DNA of 64,000 nt from an uncultured Clostridia bacterium (GTDB taxonomy: Bacteria; Bacillota; Clostridia; Christensenellales; CAG-138): positions 3,153 through 67,152 of the forward strand of contig CAMZFO010000001.1 in NCBI GenBank assembly GCA_947306125.1, given 5' to 3'. Shown in pieces: positions 27,248-36,537 of this stretch. Under the pieces are notes generated by a model that was not told the origin of the DNA, did no database searches, and saw only the letters and a list, made by a program, of their open reading frames with translations. The first letter of the stretch is position 1. Every line of letters begins with the position of its first letter. A program made the translations under genes and the position numbers.

Positions 27248-27277
27248 GGGGCTGTTTCGTTTCGAAACAGCCCCTTT
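27248..27277 (+). terminator. Hairpin terminator after the efp operon (short U-tract)
   Basis: GGGGCTGTTTCG-TTT-CGAAACAGCCCC followed by only TTTG. Confidence 0.55.
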
Positions 27278-27295
27278 GTCAAGAGGAGACCCGTT

Positions 27296-28435
27296 ATGGA
27301 TATTACCAAAACGGGGTTCTGCGGAGTGGATTGCTCCGTATGCCCCGACCTTATTTCAAAAAAATGCCCCGGCTGCCGCGAGACGGCTTGGGGCACGGAT
27401 CCCTGCATGCCCGTCGCCTGCTGCAAAAAGAAGGGCGTTTCCTGCTGCGGCGAATGTGAAGATTTCCCCTGCGCCGAGATGAAGGAGTTTTACGAGGAGA
27501 CGGACGGGCACAGGCAAGCTTATTCGCTCATGGCGCGCCTCAACAAAAAGGGCCGGGAGACCATGCTCAATATCGCCTTCCTGCAGCTTCTCCCCGGGGG
27601 CTCGCTTTCGGAGCAGCTCTCGCGCGGGGTCGAGGCCTGCCGCGAGGCGAAGGAGAAGGGCGCGGATATCGCGCTCTTCCCTGAGATGTGGTCGACGGGC
27701 TATGAGCTGCCTCAGGAGCAGGAGGCTTTGGAGGCCGCCTCGCTTGGGCCGGACAGCATGTTCATAAAGTGCTTCCAGGGGCTCGCGCGGGAGCTTGAGA
27801 TGGCGATAGGCATAACCTATCTGGAGGCGTACGGCGCTTTCTCGCGCAATTCCCTTGCGCTCTTCGATATGCAGGGCCGCCGCGTGCTCGATTACGCCAA
27901 GGTGCATACCTGCGATTTCTCCGACGAGCGGGTGCTTGCCCGCGGGAACGACTTTTTCGTGCGGGAGCTCGAAACGGCCAAGGGTACCGTGAAGGTCGGC
28001 GCGATGATATGCTACGACCGTGAATTTCCCGAGAGCGCAAGGCTTTTGATGCTGCGCGGAGCCGAGCTCGTACTCTGCCCCAACGCCTGTCCCATGGAGA
28101 TAAACCGCCTTTCCCAGCTCCGCGGGAGGGCTTACGAGAACATGCTTGCCATAGCCACCTGCAACTACCCCGAGGGGCAGCCCGACTGCAACGGGCATTC
28201 CACCCTTTTCGACGGAGTGGCGTATCTGCCGGACGGGGACGCTTCGCGCGATACCTGCGTTTTCGAGGCCGGCGGGGAGCCCGGAGTCTATATCGGCGCT
28301 CTCGACCTTGACACGCTCCGCACATATAGGAAGACGGAGGTGCACGGCAACGCATACCGCAGGCCGGAGCTTTACGGTCAGCTCGTTAACGAGAGGGTCG
28401 AAGAGCCCTTTTTGCGCCGCGACCGCAGGCGGTAA
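27296..28435 (+). CDS. DUF3795 (Cys-rich)-carbon-nitrogen hydrolase (nitrilase superfamily) fusion protein
   Basis: Start at ATG 27296 (AGAGGAG SD). The first ~90 aa, MDITKTGFCGVDCSVCPD...CPGC...CCGECEDFPC, form a Cys-rich module. They are followed in frame, with no stop, by MLNIAFLQL...LFPEMW...VKVGAMICYDREFPE (nitrilase Glu-Lys-Cys triad context). The track start 27104 overlaps the previous gene. Confidence 0.75.
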   Translation: MDITKTGFCGVDCSVCPDLISKKCPGCRETAWGTDPCMPVACCKKKGVSCCGECEDFPCAEMKEFYEETDGHRQAYSLMARLNKKGRETMLNIAFLQLLPGGSLSEQLSRGVEACREAKEKGADIALFPEMWSTGYELPQEQEALEAASLGPDSMFIKCFQGLARELEMAIGITYLEAYGAFSRNSLALFDMQGRRVLDYAKVHTCDFSDERVLARGNDFFVRELETAKGTVKVGAMICYDREFPESARLLMLRGAELVLCPNACPMEINRLSQLRGRAYENMLAIATCNYPEGQPDCNGHSTLFDGVAYLPDGDASRDTCVFEAGGEPGVYIGALDLDTLRTYRKTEVHGNAYRRPELYGQLVNERVEEPFLRRDRRR

Positions 28436-28488
28436 AGCCGCGCATATGCGTTGACATGAGCTCGGATTCGTTATAGAATATCAGCATC

Positions 28489-29886
28489 ATGAAGCTATTC
28501 AAACGCACAGGCGAAATAAATATGCTCGAAGGCCCCCTGCTCGGCAAGGTGGTCATGTTCGCCGTGCCCCTTATAATCACCAACGCGCTGCAGGTATTCT
28601 ATAACGCCGCGGACATGATAATCGCCGGAATGTCGAACGTCGAAGGCGCGATAGGCTCCATAGGCACCACGACGGCGATGATAAACCTGATACTCAACAT
28701 ATTCATGGGCTTCTCGGTCGGCACGAACGTGGTCGTAGCGCGCAATATAGGCAAGAACGATCCCGAGGCGGTCAGCGCTTCGGTGCACTCGTCGCTCATC
28801 GTGGGTCTGCTGACGGGCCTCGTCTGCATGGCGGTCGGCCTTATTATAAGCCATCCCGTGCTCAGGATGCTGGGCGACGAGGGAAGCATACTGGAGCTTG
28901 CGACGCTCTACACCCGCATATACTTCACGGGCGTGCCGTTCATAGCGCTTTCGAATTACCTGATAGCCATTTTCCGCGCCAAGGGCGACACGGCGACCCC
29001 CCTCAAGGTGCTCTCGCTGACGGGGCTTCTGAACGTGGGCATGAACCTCTTCTTCGTGCTCGTATGCGGCATGAGCGTGGACGGCGTCGCCTGGGCGACC
29101 GTTATCGCAAACGTCGCCTCCACCCTGCTCCTCGGGCTCAAGCTGATGCGGGACAGGGGCGTGTGCCGTCTGGAGCTTAAAAAGCTCCGCCTTGAAAAGA
29201 ACGCCGTCAAGGAGATAATCCGCGACGGTCTGCCCGCGGGCGTGCAGGGAGCGCTTTTCTCGCTCTCGAATATGCTGATACAGTCCACCATAATAGGCTT
29301 CAACAACCGTCTCTGCCCCGGCGGGAGCGACATCATCGACGGCAATGCCGCGGCGTCCAACCTCGAGGGCTTCGCCTACGTTGCGACCAACTCCGTCTAT
29401 CAGGCCTCCGTCACTTTCACGAGCCAGAATTTCGGCGCGGGCAAATACAGGCGCATTGGCAAGGTCATGAAGAGCTGCTATTTCGTGACGGGCATGATCG
29501 CGGTCCTTGCGGCGGCGATACTGCTGATCTTCCACAAGCCGCTTTTGGGGCTTTACAGCCTCGCCCCGCTTGCCGAGCAGACGGCGATGATGCGTATGAA
29601 GCTGATGCTCATCCCCTATTTCACGCTCGCGTTCATGGAGGTCGGCTCAGGCGTATTGAGGGGCCTCGGAAGAAGCACCACCTCGACGCTCATTTCGCTC
29701 ATAGGCTCCTGCGTTTTCCGCCTCATATGGATATGGACGGTAGTGCCCATGGTGGGCGAGCTCTGGATAGTCTATCTCTCATACCCCATCAGCTGGACGC
29801 TCACCGCCATCACGCACTTCACCTTCTCCGAGACTATAAGGAGAAGATACGTTAAAAAGGCGGAGGCGCTGCAGTGCGGCTCTTAA
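28489..29886 (+). CDS. MATE family efflux transporter
   Basis: 465 aa, 12-TM type, with the typical N-terminus ...GPLLGKVVMFAVPLIITNALQVFYNAADMIIAG. Confidence 0.9.
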   Translation: MKLFKRTGEINMLEGPLLGKVVMFAVPLIITNALQVFYNAADMIIAGMSNVEGAIGSIGTTTAMINLILNIFMGFSVGTNVVVARNIGKNDPEAVSASVHSSLIVGLLTGLVCMAVGLIISHPVLRMLGDEGSILELATLYTRIYFTGVPFIALSNYLIAIFRAKGDTATPLKVLSLTGLLNVGMNLFFVLVCGMSVDGVAWATVIANVASTLLLGLKLMRDRGVCRLELKKLRLEKNAVKEIIRDGLPAGVQGALFSLSNMLIQSTIIGFNNRLCPGGSDIIDGNAAASNLEGFAYVATNSVYQASVTFTSQNFGAGKYRRIGKVMKSCYFVTGMIAVLAAAILLIFHKPLLGLYSLAPLAEQTAMMRMKLMLIPYFTLAFMEVGSGVLRGLGRSTTSTLISLIGSCVFRLIWIWTVVPMVGELWIVYLSYPISWTLTAITHFTFSETIRRRYVKKAEALQCGS

Positions 29887-29956
29887 TTCGGTTGATGCCG
29901 AACGGTGCGGCAAAAGCTTATTCAAAAAAAACGATCCCTCAGCCGCATACGCGTCA

Positions 29957-29983
29957 GCTCCCTTTACGCAAGGGAGCCTTTTT
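29957..29983 (+). terminator. Rho-independent terminator of the MATE gene
   Basis: GCTCCCTT-TACGC-AAGGGAGC followed by CTTTTTAT. Confidence 0.75.
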
Positions 29984-29986
29984 ATG

Positions 29987-30017
29987 CAAAAGCCCGAAGG
30001 TACTTACGCCTCCGGGC
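29987..30017 (-). terminator. Rho-independent terminator ending the purine/folD operon
   Basis: Minus strand: GCCCGGAGG-8 nt loop-CCTTCGGGC (one mismatch) followed by TTTTG. Confidence 0.65.
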
Positions 30018-30025
30018 TTACCGAT

Positions 30026-30559
30026 TTATTCTTCCTTCAGTTTAGGTATACACGTTTCAAATCTGATCTGCACGCGGTTTTCCGGAAAGCTCTCCGGAAC
30101 GAGAGCCAAGTGATTCGAAAATCGGACGGAAAAGTCCCCGCAGACCTTATATTCCCCGCTCATCCTTTCAAGCTCTGCAATGCGTTCAAGCTTGCACAGC
30201 TCATCATACAGCTTCTTATTGAACCGCTTTGCGAATGCTTTTCGTCTCCTGTATGCCGGAGGATGCCATACCTTTGACGGCTCGCCGCCACGGATCGAGC
30301 CGACGGCATAGAACCAGCCGTCTATCGGCATAGGATCCTCATCCTCGCCATAGCTTGACACCTCGACTACGGAAAGCATATCGTCAATGCCGCAGGAGGC
30401 AAAGAACTCCCTGACCTCCTCCGGAAAATCCGGAGCGTGCTTTATGTAAGCCCGGCAGATATCGCAACCGCAGTCGTATGGCTCGGGATGATTGCGGTAG
30501 TATTCCCGAGTGGCTTCGGCGTCGATATTCACCGTGCAATTCCTGATCTCAAGCCTCAT
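30026..30559 (-). CDS. Hypothetical protein (Cys-containing N-terminus CGCDIC), last gene of the purine/folD operon
   Basis: 177-aa ORF. Its ATG overlaps the folD stop (4-nt ATGA overlap). I recognise no family. Confidence 0.6.
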   Translation of the reverse strand: MRLEIRNCTVNIDAEATREYYRNHPEPYDCGCDICRAYIKHAPDFPEEVREFFASCGIDDMLSVVEVSSYGEDEDPMPIDGWFYAVGSIRGGEPSKVWHPPAYRRRKAFAKRFNKKLYDELCKLERIAELERMSGEYKVCGDFSVRFSNHLALVPESFPENRVQIRFETCIPKLKEE

Positions 30560-31398
30560 TTTGCCTTTCTTTCCGCGAGCGTCAGGGCGTTGACCAGCAG
30601 GCCCGCCCTCGTCATGGGGCCTACGCCGCCGGGAACGGGGGTGATCATGGAGGCCTTGGGCTCGACCTCGTCAAACGCGACGTCGCCGACGGGGCGGCCG
30701 TCGATATAGTTCATGCCTACGTCGATGACCACGGCGCCATCCTTGACCATATCGCCGGTGACGAAGCGGGGCCTGCCGACGGCGACTATGAGCACGTCAG
30801 CGCGCTTCGTATGCTCCGCGATATCGCGGGTCTTGCTGTGGCAGACGGTGACGGTCGCGTCGTTTAAGAGGAGCTGTATCGCCATGGGCTTGCCCACGAT
30901 ATTGCTCCTGCCCACGACCACGCAGTGCTTGCCCGCGACGTCCACGCCGCTTTCCCTGAGCATTCGCATGACTGCGGCGGGAGTGCAGGCGGCGACGTCG
31001 TAATCGTCGCTGTCTATGCGGGCGGAGAAGCCGTCGACGTCCTTATCGGGGGCTATCGCGGCCAATACCTTCTTGGTGGAGATATGCTCCGGCAGCGGGA
31101 GCTGACAGAGTATCGCGCGGACGTCCTCGTCCTCGTTGAGCCTTTCGATGAGACGCAGGAGCTTTTCCTCCGTGGTGGATTCGGAGAGCGTGATGACCGT
31201 GGGGATTATGCCCGCCGCTTCGCAGTCGGCGGCCTTCATCGAGACGAGCTTCCTCGATACCGCGTCGCTGCCCACCACGATGAGGGTCATATTGGGCCTC
31301 GCCGCCTCGCCGTATTCGCGGACGAGCGCCTCGGAGCCTGCCGCGACCTCCTCCTTGACCTTCTGAGCTATTGCTTTTCCGTCGATCAAAACTGCCAT
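30556..31398 (-). CDS. folD: Bifunctional methylenetetrahydrofolate dehydrogenase/methenyl-THF cyclohydrolase
   Basis: 280 aa: MAVLIDGKAIAQKVKEEV..., ...VVGRSNIVGKPMA..., ...ITPVPGGVGPMT. Confidence 0.95.
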   Translation of the reverse strand: MAVLIDGKAIAQKVKEEVAAGSEALVREYGEAARPNMTLIVVGSDAVSRKLVSMKAADCEAAGIIPTVITLSESTTEEKLLRLIERLNEDEDVRAILCQLPLPEHISTKKVLAAIAPDKDVDGFSARIDSDDYDVAACTPAAVMRMLRESGVDVAGKHCVVVGRSNIVGKPMAIQLLLNDATVTVCHSKTRDIAEHTKRADVLIVAVGRPRFVTGDMVKDGAVVIDVGMNYIDGRPVGDVAFDEVEPKASMITPVPGGVGPMTRAGLLVNALTLAERKAK

Positions 31399-31421
31399 AA
31401 TTATTCCTGCTTTCCTTTATA

Positions 31422-34400
31422 TTAGTTGAAGAATTCGTAAGCCGAGCGGAAGAGGCCCATATCGAATACGCCGGGGACGTTCCTGTAGAGCCCCGCGCCT
31501 ATCCTTTCCGCATGGCCCATCTTGCCGAACACGCGCCCATCGGGTGAGCAGACGCCCTCGACGGCTCCGTACGAGCCGTTGGGATTGTGATCGGAGAGCA
31601 TAGTTGGCTCGCCTTCGGGATCGACGTAGCGTGTGATGATCTGACCGGAGGCCGCGAGCTCCTTCAATACGGACTCGGGAGCCACGAAACGGCCCTCGCC
31701 GTGGGAGATGGGCACGCAGTAGATCTCGCCCGGACGAACGTTCCTGAGCCAAGGCGAGGCGTTGGTCTCGACCCTGACCCGGACTATGCGCGACATATGC
31801 CTGCCGATCACGTTATGGGTGAGCGCGGGCATATCCGCCGAGGGCTCGACGAATTTGCCGTAAGGCAGGAGCCCCGTGCGAAGGAGCGCCTGGAAGCCGT
31901 TGCAGATGCCGCCCGCAAGGCCGCCTCTGGAGAGCATTCCCTCGACCGCCCTGCGGCAATTCTCATTACGCAGGAAGGCGGCGATGAATTTGCCGGAGCC
32001 GTCGGGCTCGTCGCCGTTGGAGAAGCCGCCGGGGATGAAGAGAGTCTCGGCGGAATCGACCGCTTTAACAAAATCGCCTATGGAATCCGTGAGCGATGCC
32101 TCCGAGCCCGTGCGGATTATCACGGTATCGGCCTCGAAGCCCGCCTCGCGGAAGCGGCGCAGGGTCTCGTATTCGCAGTTGGTGCCGGGGAAAACGGGCA
32201 CGACCGCCTTGGGCCGCGCGGTCTTGACGCCGAAGGGCTTTACGTAAGCGCGGTCGGCGCAGTCAAGCTCCGTCATCGGGCCGTTATCGCATTTTACGGG
32301 GAACACGGGCTCGAGCACGGAATCATACGCCTCGAGTACGTCCGCGAGCGGAACGGGCTCGGTATCGGAGTGCTTGATCTCGAGCTCGGCGAGCCTTATC
32401 TCGGGCTTATCGAGCGTTATGCCCATGAGCTCGCATTCGGCCCATTCATCCTCCAGGCTCAGATCGTTCTTCACTTCGATTATTACGGAGCCGAATTCCG
32501 GGCGGAAGATATCGTCGGTGAAGAGCTTTACGCCAATACCGTTGCCAAGAGACATCTTGATGAGCGCCTCTGCCGCGCCGTTCCTTCCGGGAACGTAAGC
32601 GGCGGTGATCACGCCGAGCTTAATAAACTCGTTTACAGCATTACAGAGAGTGCGGTATTTTTTGCCGGATATCCTGCCGCGCTCGTCCTTTTTGACCGAG
32701 AGGCGGTAAACGCGGCTGCCCGCCTTTTTGAATTCGGGGGAGATCACGTTCTTCACGCTGCCGACCGCCGCCGCGAAGGATATGAGCGTGGGCGGGACGT
32801 GTATGGACTCGAAGCTGCCGCTCATGGAGTCCTTGCCGCCTATCGCCGCGGAGTTGAAATCTATCTGCGCGTCGAGCGCGCCGAGCAGCGCCGCCAGGGG
32901 CTTGCCCCACGCCGTGACGCTCTTGAGCTTTTCAAAATACTCCTGGAAGCTCATCCAGCACTCGTTCATGTCCGCTCCGGCAGCCGCGAGCTTCGCGTAG
33001 GACTGCGCGACGGCCATATAGGAGCCCCAATAGGGGGAAGCCTCGGAAATATAGGGATCGAAGCCGTAGCTCATGAACGAGCAGGTCTCGGTATTGCCGT
33101 CCGCAACGGGTATCTTCGCCGCCATTGCCTGAGTGGGAGTGAGCTGCTTCCTGCCGCCGAAGGGCATGAGCACGGTGTTCGCGCCGACGGTGGAATCGAA
33201 GGTCTCCGCCAAGCCCCTCTGCGAGCAGACGTTGAGATCGGAGGCGACGGCAAGGAGCTTTTCGCGGAAGGAGCCGGTGAGCGCCACGGGCTCGTACTCC
33301 CTCTGCTTTTCCACGCGGACGGAGGTATGCTTCGCCGCGCCGTTGGTGTCGATGAATTCCCTTGAGATATCGACCGCCTTCTGACCCTTGAAGTACATAG
33401 TGAGGCGCGCGTCGTCGGTGACGGAAGCGACCTTGGTCGCCTCTATGCCCTCTGCCGCACAGAGCGCGATGAAGGCTTCGGTATCCTTGGCCTCTACCAC
33501 GACCGCCATGCGCTCCTGAGATTCGGATATGGCAAGCTCGGTGGAATCAAGACCCATGTATTTTTTGGGGACCTTGTCAAGATCTATAAGGAGGCCGTCC
33601 GCCAGCTCGCCTATGGCTACGGAAACGCCGCCCGCGCCGAAATCGTTGCAGCGCTTTATCATGCGGGAGGCCTTGGGGTTCCTGAAGAGCCTCTGCAGCT
33701 TCCTTTCCTCGGGCGCGTTGCCCTTCTGCACCTCGGCTCCGCAGAGCTCGAGCGAGGACACGGTGTGCGCCTTGGAAGCGCCCGTCGCGCCGCCGCAGCC
33801 GTCGCGGCCCGTTCTGCCGCCCATAAGTATCACGGAATCACCCGCAGCGGGCTCCTCGCGCCGCACGTTCGCCTGAGGCGCGGCGGCAATGACCGCGCCG
33901 ACCTCCATGCGCTTTGCGGCGTAGCCTTCGTGATAGATCTCGTTCACGAGGCCGGTGGCGAGGCCAATCTGATTGCCGTAGGAGGAGAAGCCGGCAGCCG
34001 CCTCCTTGACTATGCGCCTCTGCGGGAGCTTGCCGGGGATGGTCTCGGAAACGGGACGGGTGGGATCCGCGGCGCCGGTGATGCGCATGGACTGATAAAC
34101 GTAACCCCTGCCGGAGAGCGGGTCGCGGATGGCTCCGCCGACACAGGTCGCGGCGCCGCCGAAGGGCTCTATCTCGGTCGGGTGATTGTGAGTTTCGTTC
34201 TTGAAGAGCAGGAGCCAGGGCTCCTCCTCGCCGTTGTGATCGACGCCGATCCTGACGGTGCAGGCGTTGATCTCCTTGGAATCGTCGAGGCTTCTGAGCC
34301 TGCGGGTGATCTTTTTATGATACTTCGCGCCAATAGTCGCAATATCCATGAGGCAGACGGGCTTATTATCCCCCACCTCCTCGCGCAGCTTCAGATACCG

Positions 34401-35150
34401 CTCGTAGGCCGCCCTGACGTCCTCGTCCTCGAACTCCACGCTGTCAAGATGAGTATTGAAGGTGGTGTGGCGGCAGTGATCCGACCAATAGGTATCGAGC
34501 ACCTTTATCTCGGTGACGGAGGGATCGCGCCCCTCGCCGCGGAAATAATCGCGGCAGCAGACGGCGTCGGCAAGGTCCATCGCAAGCCCCATATCGGCTA
34601 TGAGCTTTTCAAGGCCGCTCTCGTCGAGCCCCGTGAAGCCCTCGATGAACTCCACCCTGTCGGGCTCGTCATAGGTCTGCGCAAGGCTTTCGTATTCCTC
34701 GAGCCTGCCCTCGCGGCTGTCGACGGGGTTTATGAGGCGCGCCTTGACTGCGGCGGCGTCCCTTTCGGTAAGGCTGCCGTAGAGCAGATACACCCTCGCC
34801 GTGCGGACTACGGGAGGCTTGCCCTCTCCGCTGCCGAGGCTGATGAGCCTTATGCTCTGCTGCGCCGCGTCCGCGCACTGATCGTACTGACCGGGCAGAT
34901 ACTCCGCGGCAAAGGCGATATCGGCGTCCCCGGGAAGCTCATAGAGCACTTCCTCGGTGCGAACGTCCGAAAACACGCCCGGGACCGCCTTTTTGAAGGT
35001 CTCCTTCGATACGTTCTCAACGTCGTAGCGGCGGAGCACCCTGACTTTTTTAAGACCCTTTACGCCGAGCAGCGAAACAAAGTCCGCCTTTAACGCCTCG
35101 CCCTCGTGGGAGAATTCGCTTTTTCTTTCCGTATATACCCTGAATACCAT
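31422..35150 (-). CDS. purL: Phosphoribosylformylglycinamidine (FGAM) synthase, single-chain large form
   Basis: 1242 aa with an N-terminal PurS-like region, AIR-synthase-related repeats and a C-terminal glutamine amidotransferase (...GGICNGFQAL..., ...HGEGRF). Confidence 0.95.
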   Translation of the reverse strand: MVFRVYTERKSEFSHEGEALKADFVSLLGVKGLKKVRVLRRYDVENVSKETFKKAVPGVFSDVRTEEVLYELPGDADIAFAAEYLPGQYDQCADAAQQSIRLISLGSGEGKPPVVRTARVYLLYGSLTERDAAAVKARLINPVDSREGRLEEYESLAQTYDEPDRVEFIEGFTGLDESGLEKLIADMGLAMDLADAVCCRDYFRGEGRDPSVTEIKVLDTYWSDHCRHTTFNTHLDSVEFEDEDVRAAYERYLKLREEVGDNKPVCLMDIATIGAKYHKKITRRLRSLDDSKEINACTVRIGVDHNGEEEPWLLLFKNETHNHPTEIEPFGGAATCVGGAIRDPLSGRGYVYQSMRITGAADPTRPVSETIPGKLPQRRIVKEAAAGFSSYGNQIGLATGLVNEIYHEGYAAKRMEVGAVIAAAPQANVRREEPAAGDSVILMGGRTGRDGCGGATGASKAHTVSSLELCGAEVQKGNAPEERKLQRLFRNPKASRMIKRCNDFGAGGVSVAIGELADGLLIDLDKVPKKYMGLDSTELAISESQERMAVVVEAKDTEAFIALCAAEGIEATKVASVTDDARLTMYFKGQKAVDISREFIDTNGAAKHTSVRVEKQREYEPVALTGSFREKLLAVASDLNVCSQRGLAETFDSTVGANTVLMPFGGRKQLTPTQAMAAKIPVADGNTETCSFMSYGFDPYISEASPYWGSYMAVAQSYAKLAAAGADMNECWMSFQEYFEKLKSVTAWGKPLAALLGALDAQIDFNSAAIGGKDSMSGSFESIHVPPTLISFAAAVGSVKNVISPEFKKAGSRVYRLSVKKDERGRISGKKYRTLCNAVNEFIKLGVITAAYVPGRNGAAEALIKMSLGNGIGVKLFTDDIFRPEFGSVIIEVKNDLSLEDEWAECELMGITLDKPEIRLAELEIKHSDTEPVPLADVLEAYDSVLEPVFPVKCDNGPMTELDCADRAYVKPFGVKTARPKAVVPVFPGTNCEYETLRRFREAGFEADTVIIRTGSEASLTDSIGDFVKAVDSAETLFIPGGFSNGDEPDGSGKFIAAFLRNENCRRAVEGMLSRGGLAGGICNGFQALLRTGLLPYGKFVEPSADMPALTHNVIGRHMSRIVRVRVETNASPWLRNVRPGEIYCVPISHGEGRFVAPESVLKELAASGQIITRYVDPEGEPTMLSDHNPNGSYGAVEGVCSPDGRVFGKMGHAERIGAGLYRNVPGVFDMGLFRSAYEFFN

Positions 35151-35159
35151 AACCCCTCC

Positions 35160-36431
35160 TTACTCCGCCAAGGCGTCGAGCGCCGTCCTGCCGACGTCGC
35201 GGCGGTAGAACATATTTTCAAAGCTGACCTTGTTGACCTGCGAATAGGCTTCCGCGACCGCCTCTTCAAGCGTATCGGCCACCGAGACGACGTTTATCAC
35301 CCTGCCGCCCGCGGTGACGAAGCCCTCCTCCGTCCTTTTGGTGCCCGCGTGGACGATCTGCGTGCCTTCGTCGGGCGTATCGATCGAAATGGGCAGCCCC
35401 TTCTTATAGCTGCCGGGATAGCCGCCGGAAACGAGCACGACGTTCGCCGCCGCCTTGTTCGAGAAGCGCACGGGAGTTTCTTTGAGAGTGCCGTTTTCGC
35501 AGGCGAGCATGGCGTCCAAAAGGCTCGTTTCCATGAGCGGGAGCACCGTCTGCGCCTCCGGATCGCCGAAACGGCAGTTGTACTCGATCACCTTGGGGCC
35601 GTCCTTAGTCAGCATCAGGCCGAAATAGAGACAGCCGGAGAACGGGCAGCCCTCGGCCTCCATAGCGCGTATGGTGGGCAGGAATATGCGCTCCATGCAC
35701 TCCTCCGCCACAGCCTCGGTATAGAAGGGATTGGGCGCGATCACGCCCATGCCGCCTGTGTTCGGCCCGACGCCGCCTTCGAACGCGGTCTTGTGATCCA
35801 TCGAGGATACCATGGGGACTATCGTTTTGCCGTCGGTGAAGCTCAGCACGGATACCTCCGGGCCTTCGAGGAATTCCTCGACGAGCACGCGGTCGCCGCT
35901 CGCGCCGAAGAGCCTGTTTTCCATAAGCTCGCGGCACGCGTCCTCCGCCTCCTCACGGGTGCGGCAGATGAATACGCCCTTGCCCAAGGCCAGACCGTCC
36001 GCCTTTACGACCAGCGGGAGCTCCGCGTTTGAAACGAAGCCGAGCGCGGCTTCGAGCGAATCGAAGCGCTCCGCACGCGCCGTGGGTATCCCGTATTTCT
36101 TCATAAGCTCCTTGGAGAATATCTTGCTGGCCTCTATCCTTGCGGCCGCCGCAGAAGGCCCGAAGCAGGGCACGCCCATCGCGCGGAGCCTGTCGGCAAG
36201 CCCCATGGCAAGAGGATCGTCCGGAGTGACGACCGCAAAATCAACCGGATATTCGCCCGCGAACGCGCAGACGCCGTCAAGGTCAGTCGCCTTTATCGGG
36301 AAGCACTCGGCAAATTCCTCCATGCCTCCGTTGCCGGGCAGAGCGTAGAGCCTTTCGACCCTCGGATCGCCCGCCAAAAGCTTTGCAATGCCGTATTCGC
36401 GTCCGCCGCCGCCGATCACCATTATATTCAT
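35160..36431 (-). CDS. purD: Phosphoribosylamine-glycine ligase
   Basis: MNIMVIGGGGREYG... from ATG 36431 (GGAAAGG SD 6 nt upstream). The track start 36452 adds 7 aa. It has an ATP-grasp body. Confidence 0.95.
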   Translation of the reverse strand: MNIMVIGGGGREYGIAKLLAGDPRVERLYALPGNGGMEEFAECFPIKATDLDGVCAFAGEYPVDFAVVTPDDPLAMGLADRLRAMGVPCFGPSAAAARIEASKIFSKELMKKYGIPTARAERFDSLEAALGFVSNAELPLVVKADGLALGKGVFICRTREEAEDACRELMENRLFGASGDRVLVEEFLEGPEVSVLSFTDGKTIVPMVSSMDHKTAFEGGVGPNTGGMGVIAPNPFYTEAVAEECMERIFLPTIRAMEAEGCPFSGCLYFGLMLTKDGPKVIEYNCRFGDPEAQTVLPLMETSLLDAMLACENGTLKETPVRFSNKAAANVVLVSGGYPGSYKKGLPISIDTPDEGTQIVHAGTKRTEEGFVTAGGRVINVVSVADTLEEAVAEAYSQVNKVSFENMFYRRDVGRTALDALAE

Positions 36432-36537
36432 ATCGAGCCTTTCCGGAAGCATTTCTCTTCGCTTCCCCGTTCGTGTCTTTGGTCTGCCGTCGTGCCGCCC
36501 CCCGCGGGGGGCTTTTTGACTTCGTGAGGGTTTGGGA

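Noticed and set aside
31587-35093. Plus-strand ORFs 31587..33365 (592 aa) and 33765..35093 (442 aa)
   Set aside because: Both are antisense to purL, whose 1242-aa product has clear FGAM synthase motifs. This is a compositional artefact.
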